From NCBI GenBank assembly GCA_027046565.1, contig JALTXW010000034.1, forward strand, positions 1 through 41,788: a stretch of DNA of 41,788 nt, written 5' to 3'. A program made the translations under genes and the position numbers. Below, piece after piece: positions 1-9,430 of this stretch (positions are counted from its first letter, which is position 1; the number at the start of each line of letters is the position of its first letter). This DNA is from Candidatus Parcubacteria bacterium (GTDB lineage Bacteria; Patescibacteriota; Minisyncoccia; Minisyncoccales; S141-161). The notes under the pieces were generated by a model. The model saw nothing but the letters and a program-made list of their open reading frames with translations. It was not told the DNA's origin and made no database searches.

Positions 1-20
1 ATATATTATTATTCCAATAA

Positions 21-1919
21 ATGAGGAAGAAATTTGCTTCAAACCACTATCTCTTGCCTGAAGAAGTAATCTTAGATAAGTTTTTAATTCGAAAACAACC
101 TAAAGAGCTAAAATTAGAACTTCCTTTACCTTTCAAAGCTTACCTTACCGTAATCCAAGTTGGAATTGTAGGTTTAATCTTGATATTTTTAGCTAAAGCT
201 TTTTATCTTCAAATTTTATCTAACTCAAAGTATGCTGCTTTAGCTCAAAGGAACTTAGAAAAGGTGATTTATGAGAAACCTTTAAGAGGGATAATTTATG
301 ACAGAAACTACACCCAACTGGTAGAAAATGTGCTCACTTTCGATCTTATGCTCAACAAAAAAGAGCTACCTGCGTCTTTTCAAGAAAGAGAAAAGGTAGT
401 TAAAGAAATAGCTGAAATCTTAGGAGAAGATTTTAAGAATTTAAAAACGAAGATTGCCCAAAGCTTGGGAAACAAAGTTTTAATCAAGGAAAATTTAGAT
501 TCCCTTGTGTTACTAAAACTAAAAGCTAAGATTGATAACTTAAAAGGCTTTTACCTTCAAGAAAACTACTCCAGGCTATATCTTTATCCTAAAGTTTTGG
601 CTCCAATTTTAGGATATATTGGCAAGGTAAATTCTGAGGAGCTAAAGAAACTCCCAAACCAAGATCCCTCAGAGTTCATAGGTAAAACAGGGATAGAAAA
701 AAGCAAAGATCAGATTCTAAGAGGAAAAGCAGGAGTTAAAGTTTTAAAGCTCGATGCTTTTAAAAGAGAGATAGAAAGCAAAGTGATAAAAAAGCCTCAG
801 CCAGGAAAAAGTTTGCTTTTAACTATTGATCTACCTCTTCAGAAGAAGCTTTACCAACAGTTAGAAAAAAAGGTAAGAGAGGTAAAAGCTAAAGGAGCTA
901 CTGGAATTATCTTAGATGCAAAAACAGGAGAAGTATTAGCATTAGTATCTATTCCTTCGTTTGATCTTAATCTATTTACTGTAAAAAGAGATCCTCAAAA
1001 AATAAAAGAGCTTTTTGCCAGGCAAGATTATCCTCTCTTGAATCGAGCAATTTCTGCTTTATACCCTCCAGGATCTACCTTAAAGCCAATTATAGCCTTA
1101 GCAGGATTAAAAGAAAGAATAATCTCCCCGCAAAAGCTAATAGATACAAGTTTAGGCTATATTGAAATTGAAAGTGAAGTAAATCCTAAAGTTAAATACC
1201 GCTTTTACGATTGGAAACCTCACGGCTTAGTAGATATGAGAAAAGCTTTAGCTGTTTCTTCAAATATTTACTTTTACACTATAGGAGGAGGGTATAAAAA
1301 CCAAAAAGGACTAGGCCCTTACAAGATTAAAGAATACTTAGATCTCTTTGGCTGGGAAGAAAAGACTGGCATAGATTTGCCGGGAGAAAAGAAAGGTTTT
1401 GTCCCTTCGCCAGAATGGAAAGAAAAAACTTTAAAAGAAAAGTGGTATCAAGGAAACACTTATCATTTATCTATAGGACAAGGATACTTAAAAATCACTC
1501 CCATTGAGTTAGCAGTTTCCACTTTAGCTATAGCTACAGAAGGAAAACTTTTTGTCCCTCGCTTAGTTAAAGCTATCTTAGATCCTGAAACTAAAAAGGT
1601 TTTAAAAGTAATCAAACCTAAAATAAAAAGAAAGATAGACCTTCCCACAGAATACTTTAAAGTAGTTAAAGAGGGAATGTTTCTTTCTACTCAGATCGGT
1701 TCCTCTAAAATGCTTTCTAGAGCTCCAGTTAAAGTTGGAGCTAAAACTGGAACTGCTGAGACCTCAAAAGAAGGAGTTTATCACCATTGGGTAACTTTGT
1801 TTGCTCCTTTTGAAAATCCCGAAATTGTAATCACCCTTCAAATTGAAGAAGTGGAAGGTATTCGTCCTGCAACTTTACCTGTAGCTTTAGAAATTTTAAA
1901 TTATTATTTTTCCAAATAA
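21..1919 (+). CDS. mrdA: Penicillin-binding protein 2 (class B transpeptidase)
   Basis: N-terminal TM, RGIIYDRN dimerisation-domain motif, SxxK (GSTLK), SxN (SSN), KTG (KTGT). Confidence 0.93.
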   Translation: MRKKFASNHYLLPEEVILDKFLIRKQPKELKLELPLPFKAYLTVIQVGIVGLILIFLAKAFYLQILSNSKYAALAQRNLEKVIYEKPLRGIIYDRNYTQLVENVLTFDLMLNKKELPASFQEREKVVKEIAEILGEDFKNLKTKIAQSLGNKVLIKENLDSLVLLKLKAKIDNLKGFYLQENYSRLYLYPKVLAPILGYIGKVNSEELKKLPNQDPSEFIGKTGIEKSKDQILRGKAGVKVLKLDAFKREIESKVIKKPQPGKSLLLTIDLPLQKKLYQQLEKKVREVKAKGATGIILDAKTGEVLALVSIPSFDLNLFTVKRDPQKIKELFARQDYPLLNRAISALYPPGSTLKPIIALAGLKERIISPQKLIDTSLGYIEIESEVNPKVKYRFYDWKPHGLVDMRKALAVSSNIYFYTIGGGYKNQKGLGPYKIKEYLDLFGWEEKTGIDLPGEKKGFVPSPEWKEKTLKEKWYQGNTYHLSIGQGYLKITPIELAVSTLAIATEGKLFVPRLVKAILDPETKKVLKVIKPKIKRKIDLPTEYFKVVKEGMFLSTQIGSSKMLSRAPVKVGAKTGTAETSKEGVYHHWVTLFAPFENPEIVITLQIEEVEGIRPATLPVALEILNYYFSK

Positions 1920-3391
1920 GCTAAAAGTTTGCTTTTAGCTGATTGAGGGTCAGCTTTCCCTTTAGTGTATCTCATCACTTGCCCTATTAAGTATTGCAAA
2001 GCTTCCTTTCTCCCTTGAGAATAATCTTTTATAGCTTGAGGATTTTCTTGAATTACCTTTTGGATAATGTGGTCTAACTCTTCTTCTTTCATTAAAGTCA
2101 AGCTCTCTTCTTTTACAATTTGAGAAGGATCTCCCCCTTTCTCTATCATCTTTTCTAAAACTAATTTTACTATTTTACTAGAAATCTCTTTTTTAAAAAG
2201 CATTAAAGAGAGTTCCGCAAAGTTTTCTGGAGAAAACTTTAAGTTTGAAATCTTTAAGTTCTTTTCTCTTAGCCTTCCAATTAACTCTGAGGTTAAAAGA
2301 TTAAATAAATTCTTAGCAAGCTTTAATTTTATATCTTCCGAAAGTTCGCTTAATTGAAAGTCCTCTTTATACCTTTGAAAGGCTTCACTTGTACATTTCT
2401 CAAAATATCTTTCTAACTCTAAATCTTTAACTAAAATTTCTGTTTCTTTAAAAGAAAGACCATATTCTTGGATTAACCTTTCTCTTAACTTCCAAGGAAG
2501 TTCTGGAAGTTCTTTCTTTAGCCTTTCCACCCAATCTTTTGCTATTAACACCTTAGTTAAATCTGGCTCAGGAAAATAGCGATAATCTTTTTCTTCTTCT
2601 TTAGTCCTTTGAGAAAGTGTCTTTTTTAATCTTTCATCCCATCCCCTTGTCTCTTGAACAACTTCTTTTCCAGCTTCAATTAACTTCAATTGCCTTTGAA
2701 TCTCATAATCTATTGCTTTTTCTAAGATTGCAAAAGAGTTCAAATTCTTAACTTCAACTTTAGTTCCTAAAATCTCTTTATCTCCTTCTATCTTGCTTAT
2801 GGAAACATTAGCCTCTATTCTCATTTCTCCTTTTTCCATATCCGCTTTAGAAACTTTTAAATATCTCAAAACCAGCTGAAGCTCTTGAGCAAACAACCTT
2901 GCTTCTTTAGCTGAGTCAAAATCAGGTTCAGTCACCAATTCAGCTAAAGGAGTACCTGCTCGGTTAAAATCTATCAAAGCAAACTTAAAGTCTTTAGTGT
3001 GATAAATTTTAGCTGTATCTTCTTCCAAGTGTACTCTTTTAATTCTAATCTTTTTTGAAATTCCAGGAATTTCTAAAAAACCTTCTTTACAAAGGGGAAT
3101 CTGGTATTGAGATATTTGGTATCCTTTGGGAAGATCAGGATAAAAGTAGTTCTTTCTTTCAAAATAGCTTTCTTCAGACACCTTGCAATTTAAAGCTATC
3201 CCTAATTTTACAACTTTTTCTATCGCAGATTTGTTGGCTGAAGGTAAAGTTCCAGGATGTCCTAAACATATAGGACAGATATTTAAATTAGGCTTACTTT
3301 CAAAAGGCTGATTAGGACAAGAGCAAAACATTTTACTTTCCGTATCTAGCTCAATGTGAACTTCTAATCCAATTTTAGGTTTAAGCTCCAT
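1904..3391 (-). CDS. gatB: Asp-tRNA(Asn)/Glu-tRNA(Gln) amidotransferase subunit B
   Basis: IGLEVHIEL, RKNYFYPDLPKGYQISQ, DYRYFPEPDL, C-terminal GQVM..TKGKADP. Confidence 0.98.
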   Translation of the reverse strand: MELKPKIGLEVHIELDTESKMFCSCPNQPFESKPNLNICPICLGHPGTLPSANKSAIEKVVKLGIALNCKVSEESYFERKNYFYPDLPKGYQISQYQIPLCKEGFLEIPGISKKIRIKRVHLEEDTAKIYHTKDFKFALIDFNRAGTPLAELVTEPDFDSAKEARLFAQELQLVLRYLKVSKADMEKGEMRIEANVSISKIEGDKEILGTKVEVKNLNSFAILEKAIDYEIQRQLKLIEAGKEVVQETRGWDERLKKTLSQRTKEEEKDYRYFPEPDLTKVLIAKDWVERLKKELPELPWKLRERLIQEYGLSFKETEILVKDLELERYFEKCTSEAFQRYKEDFQLSELSEDIKLKLAKNLFNLLTSELIGRLREKNLKISNLKFSPENFAELSLMLFKKEISSKIVKLVLEKMIEKGGDPSQIVKEESLTLMKEEELDHIIQKVIQENPQAIKDYSQGRKEALQYLIGQVMRYTKGKADPQSAKSKLLAYLEK

Positions 3392-3395
3392 AATT

Positions 3396-3995
3396 TTAAA
3401 TGTTAAGATGTTTTGAAACTAAAAGCTTAACTTCTTCAAACACTTCCTCTTTATCTCTTTCTCCATCTATCCTAAAAGTATTAGGAAAATCTTTTAAAAT
3501 TTTAAGGTAATTTTGGTAAACCTGATTTAAGATTTCTTCTTTTTCAAAAAGTTCTAAACTCTCTCTATCTCCTTTAATTCTCTTTAAACATTCTTTAGGA
3601 GAAACATCTAAAAAGATAGTTAGATCCGGAATCTTGAAGTTTTGGTTGATAGCTTTTAGCCAATTTAAATCTAAACTTATCCCTCCGTAAGCTAAAGAAG
3701 AAAAAAAGTATCTATCTGAAATAACTATCCCTCCTTTTTCTAACCAAGGATAAACTTCCTTTTCTAAATGGTAAGCTCTGTCTGCGGAAAATAAAAGTTG
3801 CAAGCATTCTGGAGAGGAATTCCAATCTCCTTTAAGTTGGCTTTTTATCAGGCCTCCAATTAAACTACAAGTTGGTTCTTTGGTAAGTAAAACTCTAAGT
3901 CCTTTTGTTTTTAGAAAACTCTTTAACTTTTCAGCTTGAGTGCTTTGCCCTGATCCATCTAAGCCTTCAAAAACTATAAACTTTCCTTCAGCCAT
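3396..3995 (-). CDS. tmk: Thymidylate kinase (P-loop Lys replaced by Gln)
   Basis: FIVFEGLDGSGQSTQ, LLFSADR, DRYFFSSLAY, PDLTIFLD; start moved to the ATG at 3995, just after the ndk stop. Confidence 0.88.
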   Translation of the reverse strand: MAEGKFIVFEGLDGSGQSTQAEKLKSFLKTKGLRVLLTKEPTCSLIGGLIKSQLKGDWNSSPECLQLLFSADRAYHLEKEVYPWLEKGGIVISDRYFFSSLAYGGISLDLNWLKAINQNFKIPDLTIFLDVSPKECLKRIKGDRESLELFEKEEILNQVYQNYLKILKDFPNTFRIDGERDKEEVFEEVKLLVSKHLNI

Positions 3996-3996
3996 A

Positions 3997-4584
3997 TTAC
4001 ATCTCATCTACTCTTTGGTAAGAATGAATTTCTTCGGGTGAAAACCAAAAAGCTATCTCGTGCTCAGCTTCTTCTTCGGTCTCTGAAGCGTGAACTAAGT
4101 TGTGGACTGCTCTCTTTTCTCTATTAGCTAAAGCTGCAGAATCTACTGAAAAATCTCCTCTAATGGTTCCCATTTCAGCTTCAGCTGGCATCGTAGCTCC
4201 ACATATCTTTCTAACCATAGAGATAGCATGCACTCCTTCAACTACAATTTTAACTAAAGGAGCAGAAGTCATATAATCTAAAATCCAGCCTCTCACTATC
4301 TTTCCTATTTCCAAGGGATCATCGGTGCCTAACTCTTGGATAGGATCTAATCCAAACTTCTGATAAGTGTTTAAAGTTTTCTCCCCTAACCTTCTCATCC
4401 AAGCTTCATCTTTAGGATAATGGCTATCTATTTGCTCTCTGGAAGGCTTTATCATCTGCAAAGCCACAATCTTCAATCCCCTCTTTTCAAACCTTGAAAT
4501 TATTTCTCCAATCAAACCCCTTTTTACTCCATCTGGTTTAATTAAAACACAAGTTCTTTCTTCTCTTAAGTTTTTGTTTTCCAT
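3997..4584 (-). CDS. ndk: Nucleoside diphosphate kinase (long form)
   Basis: ERTCVLIKPDGVKRGLIGEII, GTIRGDF, NLVHASE catalytic His; ATG at 4584 preferred. Confidence 0.95.
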   Translation of the reverse strand: MENKNLREERTCVLIKPDGVKRGLIGEIISRFEKRGLKIVALQMIKPSREQIDSHYPKDEAWMRRLGEKTLNTYQKFGLDPIQELGTDDPLEIGKIVRGWILDYMTSAPLVKIVVEGVHAISMVRKICGATMPAEAEMGTIRGDFSVDSAALANREKRAVHNLVHASETEEEAEHEIAFWFSPEEIHSYQRVDEM

Positions 4585-4588
4585 AGTT

Positions 4589-5179
4589 TTAATTTTTAAT
4601 TTGAAAAAGCTTTCCATTAAATTTTACTAACTTTATACCATCTTCAAAGACATTGAGCAAGAAAGAGTTTAGCTTAACTTGACCTTCTTTGGAAACTTTG
4701 AGCTTAAAATCTTGAGCAAAATAAATTCTAACTTCTTTTTTAAACCGGTAAAAAGAAGTATCTCTTTCTTTTAAAACTGCTTTAAAATCTTTGGGAAGCT
4801 TTTCCTTTAAGTTATCTACTAAAATAACCTTTTTTACCTTGTATCTCAAAATTATATCTTTTAACTTGAACCAATCTTTAAAAGCAGAAGTTAAAACTAA
4901 AAGCTCTATCCTCTGATCAAAAAAGGGAATCTCTTTAAAGATCTCCTCTTTATCTTTTATATCTTGAGTTAAAATTAAAATCTCAAAGCTTAAAGGGTAA
5001 AAGATCAAAAAGTTTCCCTCTAAGACTAAAACTTTAGGATAAAAGATTAAACTTTGAGAAAGATTAAACACCAAAAAGCTTAAAAAGAAAGCTAAAAATA
5101 AAACCAAAATCAGCAATCTTTCTTTAATTTTAAAAAGCTGATATGGTTTTCCTTTGAGCCAAAGAGATAGCATCTTCAA
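4589..5179 (-). CDS. Membrane-anchored protein resembling a degenerate ComEC/Rec2-type metallo-beta-lactamase domain; true start uncertain (possibly TTG at 5116)
   Basis: N-terminal TM; PFFDQRIELLVLTS resembles PF.DR.I.L.ILTHP.xDH but lacks the His ligands. Confidence 0.5.
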   Translation of the reverse strand: MKMLSLWLKGKPYQLFKIKERLLILVLFLAFFLSFLVFNLSQSLIFYPKVLVLEGNFLIFYPLSFEILILTQDIKDKEEIFKEIPFFDQRIELLVLTSAFKDWFKLKDIILRYKVKKVILVDNLKEKLPKDFKAVLKERDTSFYRFKKEVRIYFAQDFKLKVSKEGQVKLNSFLLNVFEDGIKLVKFNGKLFQIKN

Positions 5180-6302
5180 TTAAAGGATCTAAGTTAAACT
5201 TGGCTTCCTCTTTTTCAACTTTTTCTAACTTAGCTTTAGTTTCAGGATGGGAAGGCAAAAATCTAGAACAACAATCTTCGTGAGGCAAAATAGAAACTTC
5301 AAAGGTTTTAAGCTCTTTAGCTTTTTTGATTATCTCTTCTTTATCTAAGCCAATTAAAGGTCTCAAAACTGGCAAAGTAATTGCAGATTGAATAACGAAG
5401 ATATTTTCTAAAGTTTGAGAAGCTACTTGGCCTAAACTTTCTCCGGTAACTAAGGCTTTAGCTTTCTCTAAAAAAGCTATCTTTTCAGCTATCTTAAACA
5501 TAGCTCTTCTATAAAAGATCATCCTCAATTTAGCTTTAGACTTTAAGACTATCTCTTTTTGAACTTCACCAAAAGGAACCAAATACAAAGTAATTTCACC
5601 TAAATGCCACTGAGCTAAAATTTTAGCTATTTTTTCAGCTTTCTCAATTGAAGCTTTGGAAGTGTAAGGGTAAGAGTGGAAGTGAACTAAGATCACTTCG
5701 CATCCTCTTTTAGCTATTTGCCAAGAAGCCACTGGAGAATCTATCCCTCCAGAAAGCAAAGAAACCACTTTTCCCGAGGAAGAAATAGGCAAACCTTTAG
5801 ACCCTTCAATCTTCTCAGAATAAATCAAAGTAAAATCTTTAAGGATTTCAATAAACAAAGTTAAATCTGGATTTTTTAAATCTACTTTTTTATCTTTAAA
5901 TTTCTTTAGAATCACCTCCCCTACTTTAGAGCCAACTTCTATAGAATTTAAAGGGAAAGCTTTAAAAGCTCTTTTAGTTTCTACTTTAAAGGATTTGAAA
6001 TTAAGCTTAGAAACTACCTCTAAAGCTTTGAGCTTAATTTTTTCTATATCGGTAGAGACCAAATTTGAAAAGCTAAAGTAAGCTATGCCAAAAACTTTTT
6101 TTAGTCTTTCTTTAATTAAATCAAAATCTTCAGGCTTTAAATCCTCCAAAAGTTCGCTTAATATTCTTCCTTCTTTAATTTGAGTTGAAACCAAAAAACC
6201 AGGAGGTAAAACTTTTTTAATATTTTCTTTAAGCTTTTGCTCAAAAAATCTTTTATTTTTGCCTTTTATCCCAATTTCAGAATAATGAACTAAAAGATGC
6301 AT
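5130..6302 (-). CDS. thiI: tRNA 4-thiouridine(8) synthase
   Basis: YSEIGIKGKN, THUMP domain, PP-loop LLSGGIDSPVA, TGESLGQVASQT, EDCC. Confidence 0.96.
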   Translation of the reverse strand: MHLLVHYSEIGIKGKNKRFFEQKLKENIKKVLPPGFLVSTQIKEGRILSELLEDLKPEDFDLIKERLKKVFGIAYFSFSNLVSTDIEKIKLKALEVVSKLNFKSFKVETKRAFKAFPLNSIEVGSKVGEVILKKFKDKKVDLKNPDLTLFIEILKDFTLIYSEKIEGSKGLPISSSGKVVSLLSGGIDSPVASWQIAKRGCEVILVHFHSYPYTSKASIEKAEKIAKILAQWHLGEITLYLVPFGEVQKEIVLKSKAKLRMIFYRRAMFKIAEKIAFLEKAKALVTGESLGQVASQTLENIFVIQSAITLPVLRPLIGLDKEEIIKKAKELKTFEVSILPHEDCCSRFLPSHPETKAKLEKVEKEEAKFNLDPLIEDAISLAQRKTISAF

Positions 6303-6304
6303 AT

Positions 6305-6580
6305 TCAAAATCTTATTTGAAAATCTTTAAATTCTTCTTTGAAATCTTTAAGTTCTTCAGCCTCTACCTTTTCTACTTTAGCTAAAGGTGAACCTTCATA
6401 ACACCAGCTTAAGAAATCTTTTAAACTTTTTTCTTTGCCCTGAGCTACAATTAAGACCGAACCATCTTCTTGATTCTTAACCCATCCTTTTATTCCTAAC
6501 TCTTCAGCTTTTTCTTTAGCATAAAATCTAAAAGAAACTCCCTGCACTAACCCAAACACTTGAATCTTTAAAGTTTTCAT
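6305..6580 (-). CDS. acyP: Acylphosphatase
   Basis: GLVQGVSFR and GWVKNQEDGSV signatures. Confidence 0.95.
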   Translation of the reverse strand: MKTLKIQVFGLVQGVSFRFYAKEKAEELGIKGWVKNQEDGSVLIVAQGKEKSLKDFLSWCYEGSPLAKVEKVEAEELKDFKEEFKDFQIRF

Positions 6581-6582
6581 AT

Positions 6583-7407
6583 TTAGAGCAAAACCTTTAC
6601 TTTAGAATTAGTAAATACTAAATCAAGGTTAGAAAGAGGATCTTTTAAGAGCTGTTTGAAAATAACTTTGCCGCCTTTGAAATCTAAAACTCTCCCTTTT
6701 GCTTCTTTAACCAACAGAAATCCTCCCGCTATATCCCACAGCCTAATTTTGAAAGTAAAGTAGGCTTCAGCTCTACCCGTTGCCACCCACGCAGTTTCCA
6801 AAGCTGCAGAACCCAATTTTCTCAGCTCTTTAACCTTAGGATAAAATTTAGAAAAAGCTTTAACTATCCTTTGCCTTTCTCTTTCTCCTCCTTCGCAAAA
6901 GAGGATATAACTTTCTTTTAAATCTTTTAAGTTTGAAACTTTGATTTTCTCCTTTTTATTTCTTTCTAAATCTATCTTAAAGGCTCCTTTATTTTTTAAA
7001 GCTAAAAATCTTTCTTTTAAAATTGGAGCTTCAATGCAAGATAAAACTAAATCTCCTTGAAAAGCTAAAGCTAAAGAGATAGCAAAGAAAGGATTGTGAT
7101 TTTCAAAATTAGAAGTTCCGTCAATCGGATCTACAATCCAAAGAAAATCTGACTCTTTTTGAAGCCATCCTGTTTCTTCGGTCAAAATAGAATGGTGGGG
7201 ATACTTTTTAGTTATCTTTTTAATTAAAAACCTATCTAAAATCTCATCGTAAATACTTTTAACTTCTTTGCTACTTCCTCTCTTTTTAGCTAAGTTCTTG
7301 CGAAAATAAAAGGCTAACTTTTCTCCAGCTTCTTGACAAGTAGCTTGAGCAAAGCTTAAAGCTTCCTTCAAAAACTTAAAACTAAGATCTTTCTTTTTTT
7401 TCTGCAT
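6583..7407 (-). CDS. suhB: Inositol monophosphatase family protein
   Basis: EE, WIVDPIDGTSNF, GSAALE, WDIAGG..LVKEA.G. Confidence 0.88.
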   Translation of the reverse strand: MQKKKKDLSFKFLKEALSFAQATCQEAGEKLAFYFRKNLAKKRGSSKEVKSIYDEILDRFLIKKITKKYPHHSILTEETGWLQKESDFLWIVDPIDGTSNFENHNPFFAISLALAFQGDLVLSCIEAPILKERFLALKNKGAFKIDLERNKKEKIKVSNLKDLKESYILFCEGGERERQRIVKAFSKFYPKVKELRKLGSAALETAWVATGRAEAYFTFKIRLWDIAGGFLLVKEAKGRVLDFKGGKVIFKQLLKDPLSNLDLVFTNSKVKVLL

Positions 7408-8248
7408 AGTGAATTACCCTTTGAGGGAAAGGAATTTCAATTCCTTCTTTATCAAAAGCTTCCTTTAATCTTTTTCTCAACTCCCCTGTAGCTGACCACT
7501 GTTTGCCCGGTTTAGTTTTACCCAAAATCCTAACAATTAAAGCTGAATCTCCAAAGTTATTTACTCTGTCAAACTTAGGAGGCTCTAAAATAAACTCTTT
7601 CCATTCTGGATCTTCAGCTAACTCTTGACCTACCTTATTGATAACCTCTATAAGCTTTTTTAAATCAGTATCGTAAGCAACTCCTACTTCTAAAACAATT
7701 CTGCCCCATTCTTTAGTCTTATTAGAAGCAATCTTAACTTGCCCGTTAGGAATGTAATGGACTGTACCTTCTAAATCCCTTAAAACTGTTCTTCTTAAGT
7801 TTATGTCTTCTACTTGCCCGCACGTTCCGTTAATGCAAACTACATCCCCTACTCTATACTGGTTCTCTAAAATGATAAAGAGTCCCGCAATTATGTCTCT
7901 AATGAGATATTGAGCTCCAAATCCTACAGCTAAACCTAAAACTCCAGCTCCAGCAATTAAAGGACCAATATTCACTCCTAACTCAGAAAGAATCATCATA
8001 AAAACTACCACCCACAAAACTGAAATAAAAACTCCATGAAAAACCCTAATTAAAGTATCTTCGGTCTTCTTTTCAGCTTCGGGAGAAGGAAATCTATCGG
8101 GAACAATAAGTTTTCTAATTAGCTTATCTATTATCTTGTGAACTGAACGGTGTAAAAACCAAGCTCCCACTAAAATTACCAAAATCTTAACTCCATGAGC
8201 TAAAAACCAGTTAATTATTTTATCTAAAATCACTTCTAAATTAAGCAT
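7382..8248 (-). CDS. mscS: Small-conductance mechanosensitive channel
   Basis: GAGVLGLAVGFGAQ..IRDIIAG, YRVGDVV, IPN, GIEIPFPQR. Confidence 0.92.
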   Translation of the reverse strand: MLNLEVILDKIINWFLAHGVKILVILVGAWFLHRSVHKIIDKLIRKLIVPDRFPSPEAEKKTEDTLIRVFHGVFISVLWVVVFMMILSELGVNIGPLIAGAGVLGLAVGFGAQYLIRDIIAGLFIILENQYRVGDVVCINGTCGQVEDINLRRTVLRDLEGTVHYIPNGQVKIASNKTKEWGRIVLEVGVAYDTDLKKLIEVINKVGQELAEDPEWKEFILEPPKFDRVNNFGDSALIVRILGKTKPGKQWSATGELRKRLKEAFDKEGIEIPFPQRVIHYAEKKERS

Positions 8249-8322
8249 AAAATTTTTAATCTCCCTTAATTTTATCCCTTCCCCTTTAAAATTTCAACAC
8301 TCTCAAACTCAAAATATAAAAC

Positions 8323-8369
8323 CTCAAGGGAGCAAAATTGTCACGATCGTGGAAATTTTGCTCCTTGAG
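8323..8369. repeat. REP-like imperfect palindrome, family A (core CACGATCGTG), copy 1
   Basis: ctcaagg(g)agcaaaatt-gt-cacgatcgtg-ga-aattttgctccttgag; a second copy lies at 19281-19311. Confidence 0.8.
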
Positions 8370-8414
8370 AAATTTAACTTTGTTAATGTCAATTTTCTCT
8401 TATAAGACAAGAGT

Positions 8415-8437
8415 TTTCACACACCGAATGTGTGAAA
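8415..8437. repeat. REP-like hairpin, family B, copy 1
   Basis: tttcacaca-ccgaa-tgtgtgaaa; reverse complement of 8416-8436 matches 37591-37611 at 18/21. Confidence 0.75.
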
Positions 8438-8530
8438 TGGGGTTCAAAGGTAAAACTGGAAGTTAAACCAAAAAAGAGATAAAATAGAGAAAAAGGCCTA
8501 AAAATAAAATGAAAAATTAAACTAAAGCTT

Positions 8531-8734
8531 ATGCTTCCTAATCATCTTTACAATTTGGTACACCAATTGATTCAAGAACACAAAAGCTTGTGGAGAATCA
8601 AGAATCACTATCTTCAAGATTCTCAAGGGTGTGAAAAGTGCCAAGAGTTTTGGAAAAAACTGGAAGAAGACAAAGAAAGTCACATTTCTGAACTCTTAGA
8701 GTTAATTAGAGAACACTTAGAAAAGGAAAGTTAA
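8531..8734 (+). CDS. Small helical protein with CxxC, possibly ferritin-like fold
   Basis: 67 aa; helix-CEKC-helix with an ExxH-type DKESH motif. Confidence 0.65.
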   Translation: MLPNHLYNLVHQLIQEHKSLWRIKNHYLQDSQGCEKCQEFWKKLEEDKESHISELLELIREHLEKES

Positions 8735-9168
8735 AATCTAAATTTGAAATTTAGCAATCCTAAAGAGATAAAAATTAGCAAAGTGCTTAAAGCAGAGAGG
8801 AGGCAAAAAGAGCAAAAAGCTTTAATTACGAAAGCTTGCAAGTAAGTTAAATAAGCTGACACTAAAAGGCCCAAAGAAGAAACTAAAAAGGCTAAAGTTA
8901 AGAGTTTCTTCTTTTTCTGAGTTAAAAAGGTGTAACCTAAAGATAAAAGAGCAAAGTAGTAAACCGCACCTATAGAAGCTAAAGGCACTTTGCCTACTTT
9001 AGCGTAGTTAGAAGACAAAACTAAATTACAGCCTTCAAATATTGTACAGCTTAAAGCAGCCTGAGAGTTAAAGTGTTTAAAGGTAAGATATAGAGAATCT
9101 AAAAAACCAACTAAAGCAAAAACAAGAAAAAGAAACAAAAAGAAAGCTTTTAAGTTAAATCTTTTCAT
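8731..9168 (-). CDS. Vitamin K epoxide reductase (VKOR) family membrane oxidoreductase
   Basis: CTIFEGC loop, VL.S.YA, P.A..G, four TM helices, CSFC active site. Confidence 0.92.
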   Translation of the reverse strand: MKRFNLKAFFLFLFLVFALVGFLDSLYLTFKHFNSQAALSCTIFEGCNLVLSSNYAKVGKVPLASIGAVYYFALLSLGYTFLTQKKKKLLTLAFLVSSLGLLVSAYLTYLQAFVIKAFCSFCLLSALSTLLIFISLGLLNFKFRF

Positions 9169-9425
9169 TTTTTAACTTTAACTCCTTCCTGCTTTAAAAG
9201 CTGAAGCTTTAACTTTATCCCTCGGTTATAACCTCCCACTTTACCATCTGACCTAATCACTCTGTGGCAAGGAATGTTAGGATCTAAGTTTTTATTTAAA
9301 ATTGATCCCACTGCCCTAAATGCCTTTTCATTTCCTGCTTTTTTAGCTACCTCTTTATAGCTTAAAACTTTCCCTTTGGGAATCTTTTTTACTACTTCCA
9401 AAACTTTTTCCTTGAAACTTGGCAT
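9165..9425 (-). CDS. ogt: Methylated-DNA-protein-cysteine methyltransferase (MGMT/Ogt catalytic domain only)
   Basis: IPKGKVLSY, RAVG, IPCHRVI active site, GGY. Confidence 0.88.
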   Translation of the reverse strand: MPSFKEKVLEVVKKIPKGKVLSYKEVAKKAGNEKAFRAVGSILNKNLDPNIPCHRVIRSDGKVGGYNRGIKLKLQLLKQEGVKVKK

Positions 9426-9430
9426 CAAAT

